Source: an uncultured SAR86 cluster bacterium (GTDB taxonomy: Bacteria; Pseudomonadota; Gammaproteobacteria; Magnimaribacterales; D2472). From it: DNA of 64,000 nt. Position numbers and translations under genes: made by a program. Position 1 is the stretch's first letter. Every line of letters starts with the position of its first letter. Location: assembly GCA_905181645.1 (NCBI GenBank), contig CAJIYN010000001.1, positions 696,691 to 760,690 on the forward strand, given 5' to 3'. Positions 25,891 to 40,431 of the stretch are shown in pieces. The notes under the pieces were generated by a model. The model was not told where the DNA came from. It saw nothing but the letters and a program-made list of their open reading frames with translations, and ran no database searches.

Positions 25891-26790
25891 AACAGTAAAA
25901 TTATTATTGTGGATACATATCAATAATTGGAAAGCCTAATGTTGGAAAATCATCTCTAATCAATATTTGGCAAGAAAATTTCTATAACTTCTAGGAAATC
26001 TCAAACAACACGAAATAATATTCTTGGCATTAAGACTGTTGATAATAAGCAGATGATTTTTGCTGACACCCCTGGAATGCATATCAAATCTACAAAAGTA
26101 ATGAATAGATTACTTAATAAATCAGCTGCAAGTTTAGTAAAAGATTCAGATTTAATATTATTTGTTATCCAAAGAGCTTCAATGCAAGAATTAGATCATT
26201 TGGTGCTTGAAAAAATAAAGGAATCTGATTCTAGGGTTATATGTGTCATTAATAAATCAGATCAAGTTGATGATAAAAATAAACTCCTACCTTTAATAGC
26301 CCAACTTCAGGATGCTTATAATTTTTTAGATATTATTCCTATTTCAGCAATCAATGATGAGGGTATCGAAGAATTAGAAAAACTAATATTAAGTTATCTA
26401 CCTGAAAATAAACATATATATGGAGAAGAGGGTTCAGAAATTAATCAAGATAATTTCATGGTATCTGAGCTTGTTAGAGAAAAAATTATTAGATCACTGG
26501 GTGATGAACTCCCGCATGACACCTTTGTCCAAGTCGAGCAGCTAGAGGATGAAAAAGATATTGTTAGAATTCACGTAATTATTTTTGTAGCTCGTCAAAC
26601 ACAAAAACAAATAGTTATTGGTCAAAAAGGAGAAGTTTTAAAGAGGATTGGCACCCAAGCAAGGATTGATTTAGAAAAGTATTATGGTAAAAAAGTTTTC
26701 TTAAAAACCTGGGTAAAGGTTAAGAAAAACTGGAATACAGATTCAGATTATCTTCAAAGTCTTGGTGTCGGTGGAAGCTATGAGTCCTAA
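25888..26790 (+). CDS. era: GTPase Era (5' part frameshifted)
   Basis: GKPNVGKSSL, SITSRKSQTTR, DTPG, NKSD, ELVREKI, IVIGQKG. Confidence 0.94.
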
Positions 26791-27465
26791 TGACTGGGAG
26801 GAATGCTTTCTACTTCATCAAAGGTCCTATGGCGACACAAGCATTATTGCTGAAATCTTTACTAGAAAATCTGGAAAAATGTCAGTAATAGCTCGAGGAG
26901 CTAAAAAACCAAAGTCTAAGTTTTTTGGATATCTAGTTCCATTTTCAAAACTTCAGATAACCTATTCAGGCAGATCTGAATTAAAAACACTAACTAATAT
27001 CGATAGAGATTTATCTCTTTTAGATAATAATCTCTCTAAAAAAAGCTATAGCTTGCTTTATATAAATGAATTGATGATTAAGCTTCTTCCAAAAGATGCT
27101 GCAAATGAAGATTTATTTAATTTATATAGCTCCATCCAGAGTTCTGTAGATATGAGATTTTTATTACGAAGTTTTGAATTAGACCTTTTAGAAATGCTTG
27201 GCTACGGAATAAATTTCCAAACAGATATAGATGCACATGAGCCAATAGAAGCTACTTTGGATTATATTTTTATTGCAGAAAGAGGTTTTCAATCATCTGA
27301 TAAGAATCATTATTAACAGGTGAAGATATTATTAATATAAGAAATAGAAACTTTACTGATGTTCCTAGTAATAAACTAAAGCAACTGACCCAAGCTACAA
27401 TTATGTTTTGTTTAGAAGGTAAAGATTTAAATAGTAGGCAAATTTTTAGAAGGCTACAGAAATGA
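26780..27465 (+). CDS. recO: DNA repair protein RecO (frameshifted)
   Basis: FLLHQRSYGDTS, IARGAKK, LLYINEL, LRSFELDLLEMLGYG. Confidence 0.92.
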
Positions 27466-27826
27466 TTTATGGTATTGGTACAGATATAATTTTTTGAGAA
27501 TATTTACAAATAAAGAATCTTTTGCAAAAAAAATATTATCTGATAATGAAATAATTCTATGGAAAAAAAAATCGCCTTTAAAACAGCCTTTCTTGCTAAG
27601 CGTTTTGCTGCAAAAGAGGCGTTTTCAAAAGCTCTAGGCACAGGAATTGGAAGGGTAGTTAGCTTTCAAGATCTAACTATTCGAAACAATGAAAATGGAA
27701 AGCCCATATATCAACCCTCTGGATAGTTTAAAAAAAATATTTAGTGATTTAAAAATCATTGGCAGCCATGTTAGTATTGCAGACGAAACTGATTACATAG
27801 TCGCATTCGCTATTATTGAAACATGA
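27462..27826 (+). CDS. acpS: holo-ACP synthase (frameshifted)
   Basis: [35 protein letters not shown]. Confidence 0.9.
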
Positions 27827-28467
27827 ATAAATTAATTTTATTAGGACCTCCTGGCGCTGGCAAAGGCACTCAAGCAGATTTGATCTGTCATTTCTTAAAT
27901 ATTCCAAAGATTAGTACAGGAGATATGTTGCGAGAAGCTATAGCTTCTGAAAGTGAACTAGGTAAGCGTGTATCTGGAGTACTAAATTCTGGCGCCTTAG
28001 TGTCTGATGAAATCATAGGCTCAATAATTGTTGAGAGGATTCAACAAGATGATTGTAAAAATGGTTTTTTATTCGATGGAGTTCCAAGAACTCTAGGTCA
28101 AGCAAATATGTTGGTTGATATGAATGTTTCTTTTTCTCATGTAATAGAAATACAAGTAAATGATCAAGTTATCATCGACAGAATCTCAGGGAGACGTTTT
28201 CATATAGCATCAGGTAGAAGCTATCATCTAGATTTTAATCCACCAGCAAATGAAGGCTTGGATGATCTGACTGGTGATGCCTTGGTGCAACGCGAAGATG
28301 ATAAACCTCAAACTGTTACTAAAAGACTCCATGTATATCACGAAGAAACCAAACCATTATCAGAATTCTATGCTCAAAAATCTAATAACAGTGAGTTAAT
28401 GTATTTTGCCGTTAATGGATCAGGAACAGTGGAGTCTGTATTTGAATCCATTAAAGTTAATCTGTAG
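27823..28467 (+). CDS. adk: adenylate kinase
   Basis: GPPGAGKGTQA, ISTGDMLR, GFLFDGVPRT, QREDD. Confidence 0.97.
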   Translation: MNKLILLGPPGAGKGTQADLICHFLNIPKISTGDMLREAIASESELGKRVSGVLNSGALVSDEIIGSIIVERIQQDDCKNGFLFDGVPRTLGQANMLVDMNVSFSHVIEIQVNDQVIIDRISGRRFHIASGRSYHLDFNPPANEGLDDLTGDALVQREDDKPQTVTKRLHVYHEETKPLSEFYAQKSNNSELMYFAVNGSGTVESVFESIKVNL

Positions 28468-28473
28468 TCAGCC

Positions 28474-29148
28474 ATGAAGCTTCTTGCAATAGATAGCTCT
28501 GGTGATTCTTCTTCTGTAGCCCTTATATATGAAAATCTTATAATATAGATGTGAATTATATTTCAAGAAAAGAAAGACCTAATTGGAATAAACTTTTAAG
28601 GTAGTTGGTATTAATTCTCAAATAAATATTTCTGAGATAGATTGTTTTGCTTTTGGAAGAGGGCCTGGTTCGTATACTGGCATTAGAAGCCTGGCTAGTT
28701 TTATGAAAGGTCTTAGTTGGACTCAAAATAAACCACTTATAGGTATCTCAAATTTAAAATCTATAGCCTATCAAGCAATTAAGCAAAAAAATGATACAGA
28801 ATTTAATGTAATAAATGTGGCACTGAAATCAGATCTAGATGAAGTTTATTTCTGCAAATATCTCAGCTCAGATTTGTTGGAAAATCAATCAGATGAAAAA
28901 ATAATGTCTTATAAAGAATTATCTGACCCGATGCTTTTAAGCAATCCATCTGCAATTTATGCTGGAAATGGATGGGATGATAAAAGAATTAAATTAGAAG
29001 CCAACTCTCCTTTAATATTCATTCAGATGCTTTATCTATAGCTCATCTAGCAGAGTTAAAATTTAATAACCAAGATAAATTTTTACCTGAAGATGCAAAT
29101 CCAGTATATTTAAAAGACACTAATTACAAAAAGATTTCTAATGAATGA
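28474..29148 (+). CDS. tsaB: t6A biosynthesis protein TsaB (frameshifted)
   Basis: MKLLAIDSS, FGRGPGSYTGIR, C-terminal ANPVYL. Confidence 0.88.
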
Positions 29149-29938
29149 CATTTTTTTAAGCGTAGTATTAGCATTAATTCAGGGCTTAACTGAATTTTTA
29201 CCCGTTTCAAGCTCTGCGCATTTATTATTTCCTAGTCTTTTATTTGGAGCTAATGATCTAGGTTTAAGTTTTGATATCGCAACTCATGGAGGCACACTTC
29301 TTGCAGTTCTTATTTATTTTAGAATTGAACTTCAAAAAATGATTTTATCGATAAATCCACTGAATCCCAATAAAGACAAGGAGAGCAGGCAATTAGCTTT
29401 CTATCTTGTAGTTGCAACTCTTCCTATTGTTCTTTTTGGTTTATTAGGTTCTGATTTTATTACAAATAGAAATTTTGGGGTTAACTCTATAGCATGGGCA
29501 AACTTAGTTTTTGCTGGTATTTTATTTTTAGCCTACCGATACAGCTCTCAATCTAAGACAATGTTGCAACTCAGCATACTAACGGTTTTTTTTATAGGTT
29601 TATTTCAAGTTTTTGCATTAATACCTGGAGCGTCAAGATCAGGTACGGCAATAACAGCGGCACTCTTGGTTGGATTAAATCTTAAAGAGGCTTCAAAATT
29701 TGCATTTCTTTTAAGCATTCCAACTATATTAGGAGCGCTAGTATTTTTAATTATAGATAGCATAGATTCGTTTGCAGCAATTAACCTATTAAGCTTATTT
29801 ATTGGATTTAGTGTCTCTGCAATCTTTGCATTTTTTACAATAAAATTCTTCTTAGCATTTATCGATAAAATTGGAATGTATCCCTTTGTTGTATATAGAT
29901 TATTACTTGGATTTGCACTTCTTAATATTATTGTATGA
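29141..29938 (+). CDS. uppP: undecaprenyl-diphosphate phosphatase
   Basis: IQGLTEFLPVSSSAH, ALIPGASRSG, FLLSIP. Confidence 0.96.
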   Translation: MNDIFLSVVLALIQGLTEFLPVSSSAHLLFPSLLFGANDLGLSFDIATHGGTLLAVLIYFRIELQKMILSINPLNPNKDKESRQLAFYLVVATLPIVLFGLLGSDFITNRNFGVNSIAWANLVFAGILFLAYRYSSQSKTMLQLSILTVFFIGLFQVFALIPGASRSGTAITAALLVGLNLKEASKFAFLLSIPTILGALVFLIIDSIDSFAAINLLSLFIGFSVSAIFAFFTIKFFLAFIDKIGMYPFVVYRLLLGFALLNIIV

Positions 29939-30654
29939 CCTGTGTTATATATCTAGAAGACTCTTATAAATTGAAGAAATTTCAGATTATCTTAATTTAC
30001 AAATAGTTAATAAAATTCCAGTAAGCGGTTCTTTTTTAGAGATTAAAGAAGAGGGCTTATGTTTTATAAATGATGCCAAAGACCCTCTTAAATATCTTCA
30101 TATCGACTTTTTATCAGGTTCAATGGGTTGGAGAATAAAAAGATCAGAGCATGAAACTTTACTAAAAAAGACATTAGGAAAAACTAAAGATACTTTGACT
30201 ATTTTTGATGGAACTGCCGGCTTTCTATCTGATGCAATTATATTTTTATCTCTTGGTCATAAAGTTATTGCTTGTGAGCAAAGTAAGATCTTATATTTAC
30301 TGGTTAAAGATGCTTGTAATAGAGCAATTGAAGAACTACCTTTTTTATCAAACTTAACACTGCTTCATGGAAATTCTTTGGAGGTTTACAAAGAGCAAAT
30401 GGATATTGATGTAATTTACTTAGATCCTTTATACCCAATAACTAAAAAACATATATTAAGAGCTGGAAATATTAGTGCTATAAGACCTTTAAGAGATGGA
30501 GTTATTGGATATGGCGGATACTCTTTTTACAGAATTTAAAGAATTAAATTACAAAAAAATTATTTTAAAAAGACCTATTAAAGGTGAAAAAATTTGTAAT
30601 AATATTAATTATCAAATCAAAGGCAAGTCAACTAGGTTTGATATATACATTTAA
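29935..30654 (+). CDS. rsmJ: 16S rRNA m2G1516 methyltransferase RsmJ-like (frameshifted)
   Basis: HIDFLSG, IFDGTAG, DVIYLDPLYP, LKRP, GKSTRFDIY. Confidence 0.8.
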
Positions 30655-30676
30655 AAATAATTTTTTGGAGAATTAA

Positions 30677-30844
30677 ATGAACCCATTTGCAATGATGAAA
30701 GATGCTAAAAACATGGAAAAAATGTTAAAACCAGCATTAGAAAAATTTATGAAAGAGTCGGGTTTTATTAAAAAAGATGAGCTTGAGCCATTAAAAAGAA
30801 GAATCGCTGAACTAGAAGCTGAGGTAAATAAGTTAAAGCGTTAA
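30677..30844 (+). CDS. small coiled-coil protein, UbiK/BMFP-like (55 aa, absent from ORF track)
   Basis: GGAG RBS; MNPFAMMKD..GFIKKDELEPLKRRIAELEAEVNKLKR. Confidence 0.6.
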   Translation: MNPFAMMKDAKNMEKMLKPALEKFMKESGFIKKDELEPLKRRIAELEAEVNKLKR

Positions 30845-30849
30845 CTTAT

Positions 30850-31113
30850 TTAAATATTATTACCCTTAAAGAATCAGAAAACAGAATCATTGAAATGGCC
30901 TGGGAGGACAGAACTCCCTTTGATGCCATAGAAGCTACTTACGGCCTTAATCAGAATCAGGTAGAAGATCTTATGCGTGAAAACCTTAAGAAGAATAGCT
31001 ATACGCTCTGGAGAAAGAGGGCTAGCGGAAGAAAGACTAAGCATGTTGGCCTAAGAGAGTTTGGCCAGGTGGGCAGGCACCACTCCTATGATCAGCACAA
31101 ATATAAAAAGTAG
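30850..31113 (+). CDS. TIGR03643/DUF2805 family protein
   Basis: RIIEMAWEDRTPFDAI..WRKRASGRKTKH. Confidence 0.85.
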   Translation, partial: LNIITLKESENRIIEMAWEDRTPFDAIEATYGLNQNQVEDLMRENLKKNSYTLWRKRASGRKTKHVGLREFGQVGRHHSYDQHKYKK

Positions 31114-31402
31114 CCACTTCAAGATAGAGAACTTATTTAAGTCTATCTTCTCCGACATACCCAACACATCTATTGTTCTCAATGACACTTCGGTCATTAT
31201 TCAGCATGATGATGCGACTAACCAAGATGCAGCATCAATAGAAATAACCGAAACAGCAAATATATATAAAATTACCTATTGGGATGGTTACTCTCTTGCA
31301 GAAGAGGAAGAGAGTGATAATTTAGTAAAATCTTTAAAAATATTTAAAAGGTTTTCAAAAAAACTAGCCAAAAATCTAACCAGGTTTAACAAAAAACCTT
31401 AA
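31088..31402 (+). CDS. hypothetical protein
   Basis: open frame with YKITYWDGYS; no family recognised. Confidence 0.55.
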   Translation: MISTNIKSSHFKIENLFKSIFSDIPNTSIVLNDTSVIIQHDDATNQDAASIEITETANIYKITYWDGYSLAEEEESDNLVKSLKIFKRFSKKLAKNLTRFNKKP

Positions 31403-31405
31403 CGA

Positions 31406-32660
31406 TCAAGCTCTTGTATGACCATTCCCGTTTACGAGATACTTAAAGCTTGTTAGTTGTTCCATTCCTACCGGACCCCTTGCATGAAACTTTCCGGTTG
31501 CAATGCCAATCTCGCCACCAAGTCCGAATTCCCCTCCATCAGCAAACTGGGTTGATGTATTGTGCATAACAATAGCGCTATCGATTGTATTTTGAAAGTA
31601 TGAGGCTGTGTTTAGATTCTCGGTCATAATCGACTCAGTATGGCCTGTAGAGAATTGCTCAATATGACTCACGGCATCATCAGTAGATTCAGCAATTTTA
31701 ATACTTACAATTGGCAGCAAGTACTCTGTGCTCCAGTCTTCTTCGGTAGCAGGAAGAACTTGATCTGATAGTAATTGCGATAGCTTACATCCACGAACTT
31801 CACAACCTTGAGTGGAGAGGGCATTAACTATTATTGGTACGAAAAGAATTAGCTATATCTTTATGAATAAGGATTGTTTCAACTGCTCCGCAGATCCCAG
31901 GCCTTCGCATTTTTGCATTAAGACAAACGTTAACTGACTTATCTTCGTCTGCTTCCTTGTCTACATAGATATGACAAATACCCTCTAGGTGTCCAAAGAC
32001 AGGTACCTTTGCTTCTTTTTCAACTTCAGCTACTAAGCTTTTACCTCCCCTAGGAACTATGACATCTATAGATTTATTAATACCTTGAAGCATTAACTTG
32101 ACCGCCTCTCTGTCAGTATCATCAACTATCTGGATAGCATGCTCAGAAATACCAGCTTCTTTAAGACCTGCAACTAAGCACTTATGGATTGCTAGGCTAG
32201 AGTTAAGGCTGTCAGAGCCGCCTCTTAATACCGAAGCATTACCTGCTTTAATACAGAGTACACTAGCATCAACTGTTACATTAGGCCTGCTTTCATAAAT
32301 AATACCTATTACTCCAAGGGGAGTAGATACCCGTGATATTTGAAGGCCATTAGGTCTTGTCCAATTTGCAAGTACTTTGCCAACAGGATCTTCAAAGGAA
32401 GCAATATCTTTAAGAGTATTTGCAATAGAGGTAATGCTTTCACTATCCAATTGAAGCCTATCTATAAATGACTCAGACAGTCCTTTTTGCTTTGCATTTT
32501 TAGCGCCGTTGGCGCTGGGTTTTCTTTTTTCGTCAGCTAGAATATACAAGAGGGGATGCCTGAACGACTCCTTCGATTTTCGCTCCAGAAATTCTAGCAA
32601 GTTCCTTGGATGCTACTTTGGCCTGAATACCAATTTGATTAACTGTCTTTTCTATTGTGC
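31406..32660 (-). CDS. proA: gamma-glutamyl phosphate reductase (frameshifted, 5' end scrambled)
   Basis: [45 protein letters not shown]. Confidence 0.94.
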
Positions 32661-33440
32661 TCATGACTTAGCTATAAACCTTGTTGCTTTGGTTGTTGTT
32701 CTTGAAAGACTCTTAATAGGGTCTTTCTTTAGTCCTGAAGTAATAATGACTGAGCATTTAGACTTCATACATATCTCAGCTGCCTTAATCTTAGAAACCA
32801 TGCCGCCTTTACCAAGCTTAGATGCTGTTCCTGCCATGGACTCAATTTTCTTTGTAATACTTTTAACTTCAGTTATTAAAATATCATTTTTTTGATTCTT
32901 TGGAGGCTCACTGTAAAGACCATCAATATTCGATAGAAGAATTAGATGATCGGCACTGACAAGCTTAGAAATTTTGGCAGCGAGAATATCGTTATCGCCA
33001 AACTTTATTTCGTCGGTTGAGGTTGTATCATTCTCATTAATGATTGGCACACATCCAAACATTAATAGATTCTCAATAGTGGCTATAGCATTCTTAGATG
33101 ATTTTTTATTCTCTGCATCAGAGGGCGAGAGAAGAATTTGTGCAACCTGAAGCTTGTGCTTCTTAAACTCTGACTGCCATGCTGCCATCAGCTCAATCTG
33201 ACCTGTTGCGGCAACGGCTTGAGATTCATTTAATGTAAGTTCTGACTTAAGTTTTAATTTTCCTCTACCAAGCGCGATAGCTCCTGAGGAAACAACAATC
33301 ACATCCTTCTTTTTATTTAGAAGCCAGACAATATCAGCTACTACATTTTTTAGAACAGATTTATTAACTACGCCTTTGGAGTTGGTTAGAAGAGATGATC
33401 CTATTTTCACAACCAATATATAGTTATAATTAATTATCAA
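32661..33440 (-). CDS. proB: glutamate 5-kinase lacking the PUA domain
   Basis: VVKIGSSLL, VSSGAIALG, VPIINENDT, FGDND, GGMVSKIKAA. Confidence 0.94.
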   Translation of the reverse strand: MIINYNYILVVKIGSSLLTNSKGVVNKSVLKNVVADIVWLLNKKKDVIVVSSGAIALGRGKLKLKSELTLNESQAVAATGQIELMAAWQSEFKKHKLQVAQILLSPSDAENKKSSKNAIATIENLLMFGCVPIINENDTTSTDEIKFGDNDILAAKISKLVSADHLILLSNIDGLYSEPPKNQKNDILITEVKSITKKIESMAGTASKLGKGGMVSKIKAAEICMKSKCSVIITSGLKKDPIKSLSRTTTKATRFIAKS

Positions 33441-33496
33441 TATAAATGATAAAATAAGTTAGAAAGATGCTTGAAACATAAACAATAACTAAAACT

Positions 33497-33581
33497 TGGT
33501 GCCCCATGCCTGAGTCGAACAGGCACTCCCGAAGGAACGCGATTTTGAATCGCGCGCGTCTACCAGTTCCGCCAATGGGGC
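33497..33581 (-). tRNA. tRNA-Leu(CAA)
   Basis: 85 nt, GCCCCAT acceptor stem, CGCGA-TT-CAA-AA-TCGCG anticodon arm, long variable arm, TTCGA, CCA end. Confidence 0.96.
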
Positions 33582-33631
33582 ATGTTGGGCATTGTAGCTA
33601 AGTATTATCTAATTTAAAATCATCCTCATTC

Positions 33632-35731
<2,100 letters not shown>

Positions 35732-35742
35732 GGAGAAATAAT

Positions 35743-36039
35743 ATGGATACTACTGGATCAGCATTCACACCGCTTATATTCCTTTTTACCTTTATGATAC
35801 TTTTGTATTTTATGTGATAAGACCACAGAACAAAAGAAATGCAGAGATATTAGATATGATCTCCAAAGTAGAAAAAGGATCTGAAGTAATCGCAGCAAGT
35901 GGAATTCTTGGAAAAGTAACTGATGTTAAAGACTTACTATGTTGCAATAGAAGTTAGTGAAAACATTACTTTTAAACTCCAAAAAAATGCTATTTCAAAC
36001 ACATTACCTAAAGGCACTATTGCCTCAATCAACAGCTAG
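35743..36039 (+). CDS. yajC: preprotein translocase subunit YajC (frameshifted)
   Basis: TM segment then IRPQNKR, GILGKV, LPKGTI; between tgt and secD. Confidence 0.88.
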
Positions 36040-36047
36040 GATAATTT

Positions 36048-37904
36048 GTGAATAGATTTTCTCCATTTAAGTACTCTCTGATATTACTAGTACTTACTCT
36101 TGGGATTCTCTATGCTCTTCCAAATCTCTATCCTACGCAGCCTTCAATTCAGGTTGCTTACACTGATTCTGGTAAGTCAGCAGATCAGATATTGCTGAAT
36201 CAGCTTGAGGATACACTTAAAGAAACTAACTCAGATTTTGATAACTTATTTCTAAGAGATAATAAGATTGTTATACAATTCTTCTCTATCGAAGATCAAT
36301 TAAGTGCCAAAACAATCTTGCAAAGAGCTTTGCTAGATGACGCAATCATTGCTTTAAATCTTGAACCATCAACTCCACAATGGCTTAAAGATATCGGAGG
36401 CAGACCATTAAAGCTTGGTTTAGATCTCTCTGGTGGAGTGCATTTCCTTCTTGAGGTTGATATAGAAAGCGCATTAGATAGCAGACTTGACGCTCAATTA
36501 AACTCATTACAGAAAAACATTTAGAGATCAAAAAATTTATCTAAATGATTCATCAAGTAAAGCTATGACGATGATGTTTGAATTTAAAGATTCAGAAGGA
36601 TTCACCAAAGCAAGTAGCATTATTGGTAAGGATAATATAATCGGTATCAATGGCGCCCTTTATGATGTTACTGAAAATATTGAACGTAACTTGATATCAG
36701 TTGCATATACAGATGCATCAATTAAAGAGATTAGAGACTATGCGGTAGGACAAAATCTTACTACGCTTAGAAATAGAGTAAATGAATTAGGTGTTTCTGA
36801 GCCAATTGTTCAAAGACAAGGCAGTAGCAGAATAGTTGTAGAACTTCCTGGTGTGCAAGACCCTACAGCTGCTAAAAAAATTATTGGAAAAACAGCTAAT
36901 CTTAGAATTTAGACTTGAAGCAGCTCCTACAACATCACGTTTACGCAAAGAAGAATTTACTTATCAAGATGAAAGAATGGGCTCAGCTTATCTAGAAAAA
37001 AATATTATTGTTGCCGGCGAGAGGAAAAACAACAACTACATCTTGATGAGAGCGGTTTCTCACAAGTCAACATTACTTTAGATATGCAGGGCGGAAGAGC
37101 TCTTCAAAAAGCTACCTCAGAATATTGGTAGAGGTCTAGCAGTTCTTTTTGTTGAACAAAAAAGTAAATATGAAAATTGAAAATGATGATGATGGAAATG
37201 AAATTATTACTCAAACTTCTTATATAGAAAAAAGAATTATTAGTCTAGCGACCATTCAAGCTAATCTAGGAGCTTCATTTCGAATCACTGGCGTAGGAAC
37301 TCCTCAAGAAGCAAGTGAATTAGCACTGTTGCTTAGGGCGGGTGCTTTGGCTGCTCCAATGAAATTTGTTGAAGAGAGAACAGTTGGGCCCAGCCTTGGT
37401 AAAGAAAATATTGAAACTGGTTTTAGATCTGTAGTTATTGGATTTATGTTAGTTGTTCTCTTTATGGCTTTTTATTATGGAATGTTTGGTATTGCAGCTA
37501 ACGTAGCTCTTTTTAGTAACTTAATCCTTATAACAGGCATTATGTCTTTGTTAGGAGCCGCTTTATCATTACCAGGTATAGCAGGTATTGTTTTAACAGT
37601 TGGTATGGCGGTAGATGCCAACGTGCTTATCTTTTCAAGAATTCGTGAAGAGTTAAAAACTAAAAATCCACAGAGCGCCATCAATGATGGTTTTTCTAGA
37701 GCTTTTGTTACTATCTTTGATGCAAATGTAACTACATTAATTGCCTCACTTGTTTTATATACCATTGGTACTGGTCCAGTTAAAGGTTTCGCAATTACCC
37801 TTTCAATTGGAATTGTTACTTCAATGTTTACAGCAATTCTAGTCACAAGATCCATTGTGAATATTATTTATGGTGGAAAAAATATTAAGGAGCTCAAGAT
37901 ATAA
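36048..37904 (+). CDS. secD: protein translocase subunit SecD (frameshifted)
   Basis: [51 protein letters not shown]. Confidence 0.96.
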
Positions 37905-38822
37905 TGAATAATCCTATTCCATTTATGAAGTTCCGCAAAATAGCAGGAATAATCTCAATAGCACTTTTTTCTATTTCTGTTCTTACATTAGGTTTTAGAG
38001 GATTAACTCTAGGTTTAGATTTTAGTGGCGGCACCTTAGTTGAAATCTCTTACGAAGAACCTGCGAACCTTGAAGAAATTAGATCAATATTAATATCCAA
38101 TAATTTTGAAGACTCACAGGTTGTAAATTTTGGAACAGATTTAGATGTTTTAATTAAAGTAGCAGATCGAAGTGGTAATAGTAAATTAGGTGATCAGATA
38201 TTTACTTTACTTGAAGATCAAGGCTTACCGGGTACATTGAAGCGCTCTGAATTTGTAGGACCTCAGGTAGGTTCAGAACTAAGAGATCAGGGTGGTGTAG
38301 GTATGCTTGTAGCCCTTGTTTATGATATTGCTTTACGTTGCTTTTAGATTCCAATATAAGTTTGCCTTAGGAGCTGTTACTGCTTTGGGTCATGATGTAG
38401 TAATCATTCTAGGTTTATTTTCTATCTTTGCATGGGATTTTGATTTAACTGTTTTAGCTGCACTTTTGGCTGTTATTGGTTATTCATTGAACGATACAAT
38501 TGTTGTCTCTGACAGAATAAGAGAAAACTTTAGAACACAAAGGGAACTTGATGATCCGCAAGAGATAATAGATCTTTCATTAAATCAGACTCTAAGTAGA
38601 ACGGTTATAACCTCATTTACTACATTATTAGTATTATTTGCTCTATTTATATTTGGTGGTGATTTGATAAGAGGCTTTAGTCTTGCATTAATACTAGGAG
38701 TTCTTATAGGTACCTATTCATCTATTTATATCGTTGCAAATATGCTCATGTCATTGGGAATAACTCAAGAGGACATGGCTATCCCAGAACCAGAAGGCGC
38801 AGATTTTGATGAAATGCCTTAA
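37904..38822 (+). CDS. secF: protein translocase subunit SecF (frameshifted)
   Basis: GLDFSGGT, VGPQVG, IGYSLNDTIVVSDRIREN, GTYSSIY. Confidence 0.96.
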
Positions 38823-39618
38823 GGGGCTTTATAGAAAGGTTTTATAGCCTGTAACATCGGCTTGAAGCACTTAGGTGATGAACAAATAAAATGATCTCCA
38901 TCCAAATACTTTGGATCGCCATTAAAGTCACTTATTAAAGCTCCAGCTTCTTCGGCTATAAGTAATCCAGCTGATACATCCCATTTTTTTAACCCATGAC
39001 CCCAAAAAGCATCTAGCCTTCCTGATGCTACATAACAAAGGTCTAGAGCTACAGAGCCAGATCGTCTAATCGTTACCTCATCTTCATAAAGCTTTTGAAA
39101 AGTTTTCATATTCTCATATTTATAAGGTTGCGAAGAATCTGTATGAGATGAATTTGAGAGCAGAGAGCCATCCAAACCGGGTTGCTTACTAACTCTAATC
39201 TTTCTATTATTTAAATCAGCTCCACAGCCTTTAGAAGCACTAAATTCTTCTTGGCGTGTTGGATCAATAATTACTCCAGCTACAGGAGCGCCATCCACAA
39301 GACAGGACAAAGAAATACAAAAATGAGGATAGCCATGCATGAAGTTTGATGTGCCATCAATTGGATCTAAAACCCATACAAATTTGAGCTACCTAACTCT
39401 TCACCAGTTTCTTCACCAAGAAAATTATCATCTGGATAAAATCTCTTGATCTCTTCTAAAACAATTTTTTCGACTCTGCGATCAATTGCAGTCGTGTAAT
39501 CAGCTGGACCTTTCTTTTTAACATCAAGGGTATGAACTTTTTTTACGGCAAATTCAATTTCAGCAGCGCCCTTTCTTGCAGATAAGAGAGCAACATTTAA
39601 TAAAGCTGGTATAGACAT
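38819..39618 (-). CDS. suhB: inositol monophosphatase / Nus factor SuhB (frameshifted)
   Basis: DPIDGTSNFMHG, RRSGSVALDL, WDVSAG; divergent from trmJ. Confidence 0.92.
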
Positions 39619-39653
39619 GTCGCTATTGTAATGGAAATGAGGATAATAGTTGC

Positions 39654-40378
39654 ATGACTTTTAAAAGTAAATCAAAAATTGTATTGGTTGAAACATCTCA
39701 TCCAGGCAATATTGGCGCCGCTGCGCGCGCCATGAAAACAATGCAACTAAGCAACCTAGCCTTAGTCAATCCGGGGGATTTGCATGACCCCTCTGCCAGA
39801 GCGCGAGCAACACGAGCCTATGACATTTTGGATCAGGCGCAAATCTTCAGCAGTTCTCGAGGAAGCAATCAAGCAAAGCACTTTTGTATATGCTACTTCT
39901 GCCAGAAATAGGAGTATTAATTGGCCTACAGTGAATCCTGAAAAAGCTGCAGATCAAATTACTGAACAAATAGCTGGTGATAAAGAGATCTCCATCATAT
40001 TTGGAAGAGAGGATAGGGGTCTTACCAATGAAGAGCTACAGTTAGCCAACACCCATATCGAGATTCCAGCTAATCCAGAATATCCAGTTTTAAATATAGC
40101 TATGTCAGTTCAAATGTTGTTAAATAAATTTTTTTAAGAATATAAACAATACTGAAGACAGAGAGTGGAGAGATTATCCGGAAATTAATTCAGAAGATCT
40201 ACAAAGACTTATTGATCATTTTGTTGAGACCTCAATTAAGCTAGATATGATCGATCCAAAAAATCCTTCCCAAATAATTGCACGTATTAAAAGAATGTTT
40301 TCAAGGCTTCAACCTGATTCAATGGAAGGGAACTATTTAAGAGGTTTTTTAACCGCAATAAATAAACGCCTGAAATAA
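39654..40378 (+). CDS. trmJ: tRNA C32/U32 2'-O-methyltransferase (frameshifted)
   Basis: IVLVETSHPGNIGAAARAMKTM, FGREDRGLTNEEL, IPANPEYPVLN. Confidence 0.92.
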
Positions 40379-40431
40379 CAAAGAAGGCTTTTATATTTTA
40401 ACTTGAACCAATATAATGGCACTCGCATCTA

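Noticed and set aside
28463-28470. Single TGTAGTCA at the adk stop
   Set aside because: An isolated 8-mer is expected by chance and is not clustered.
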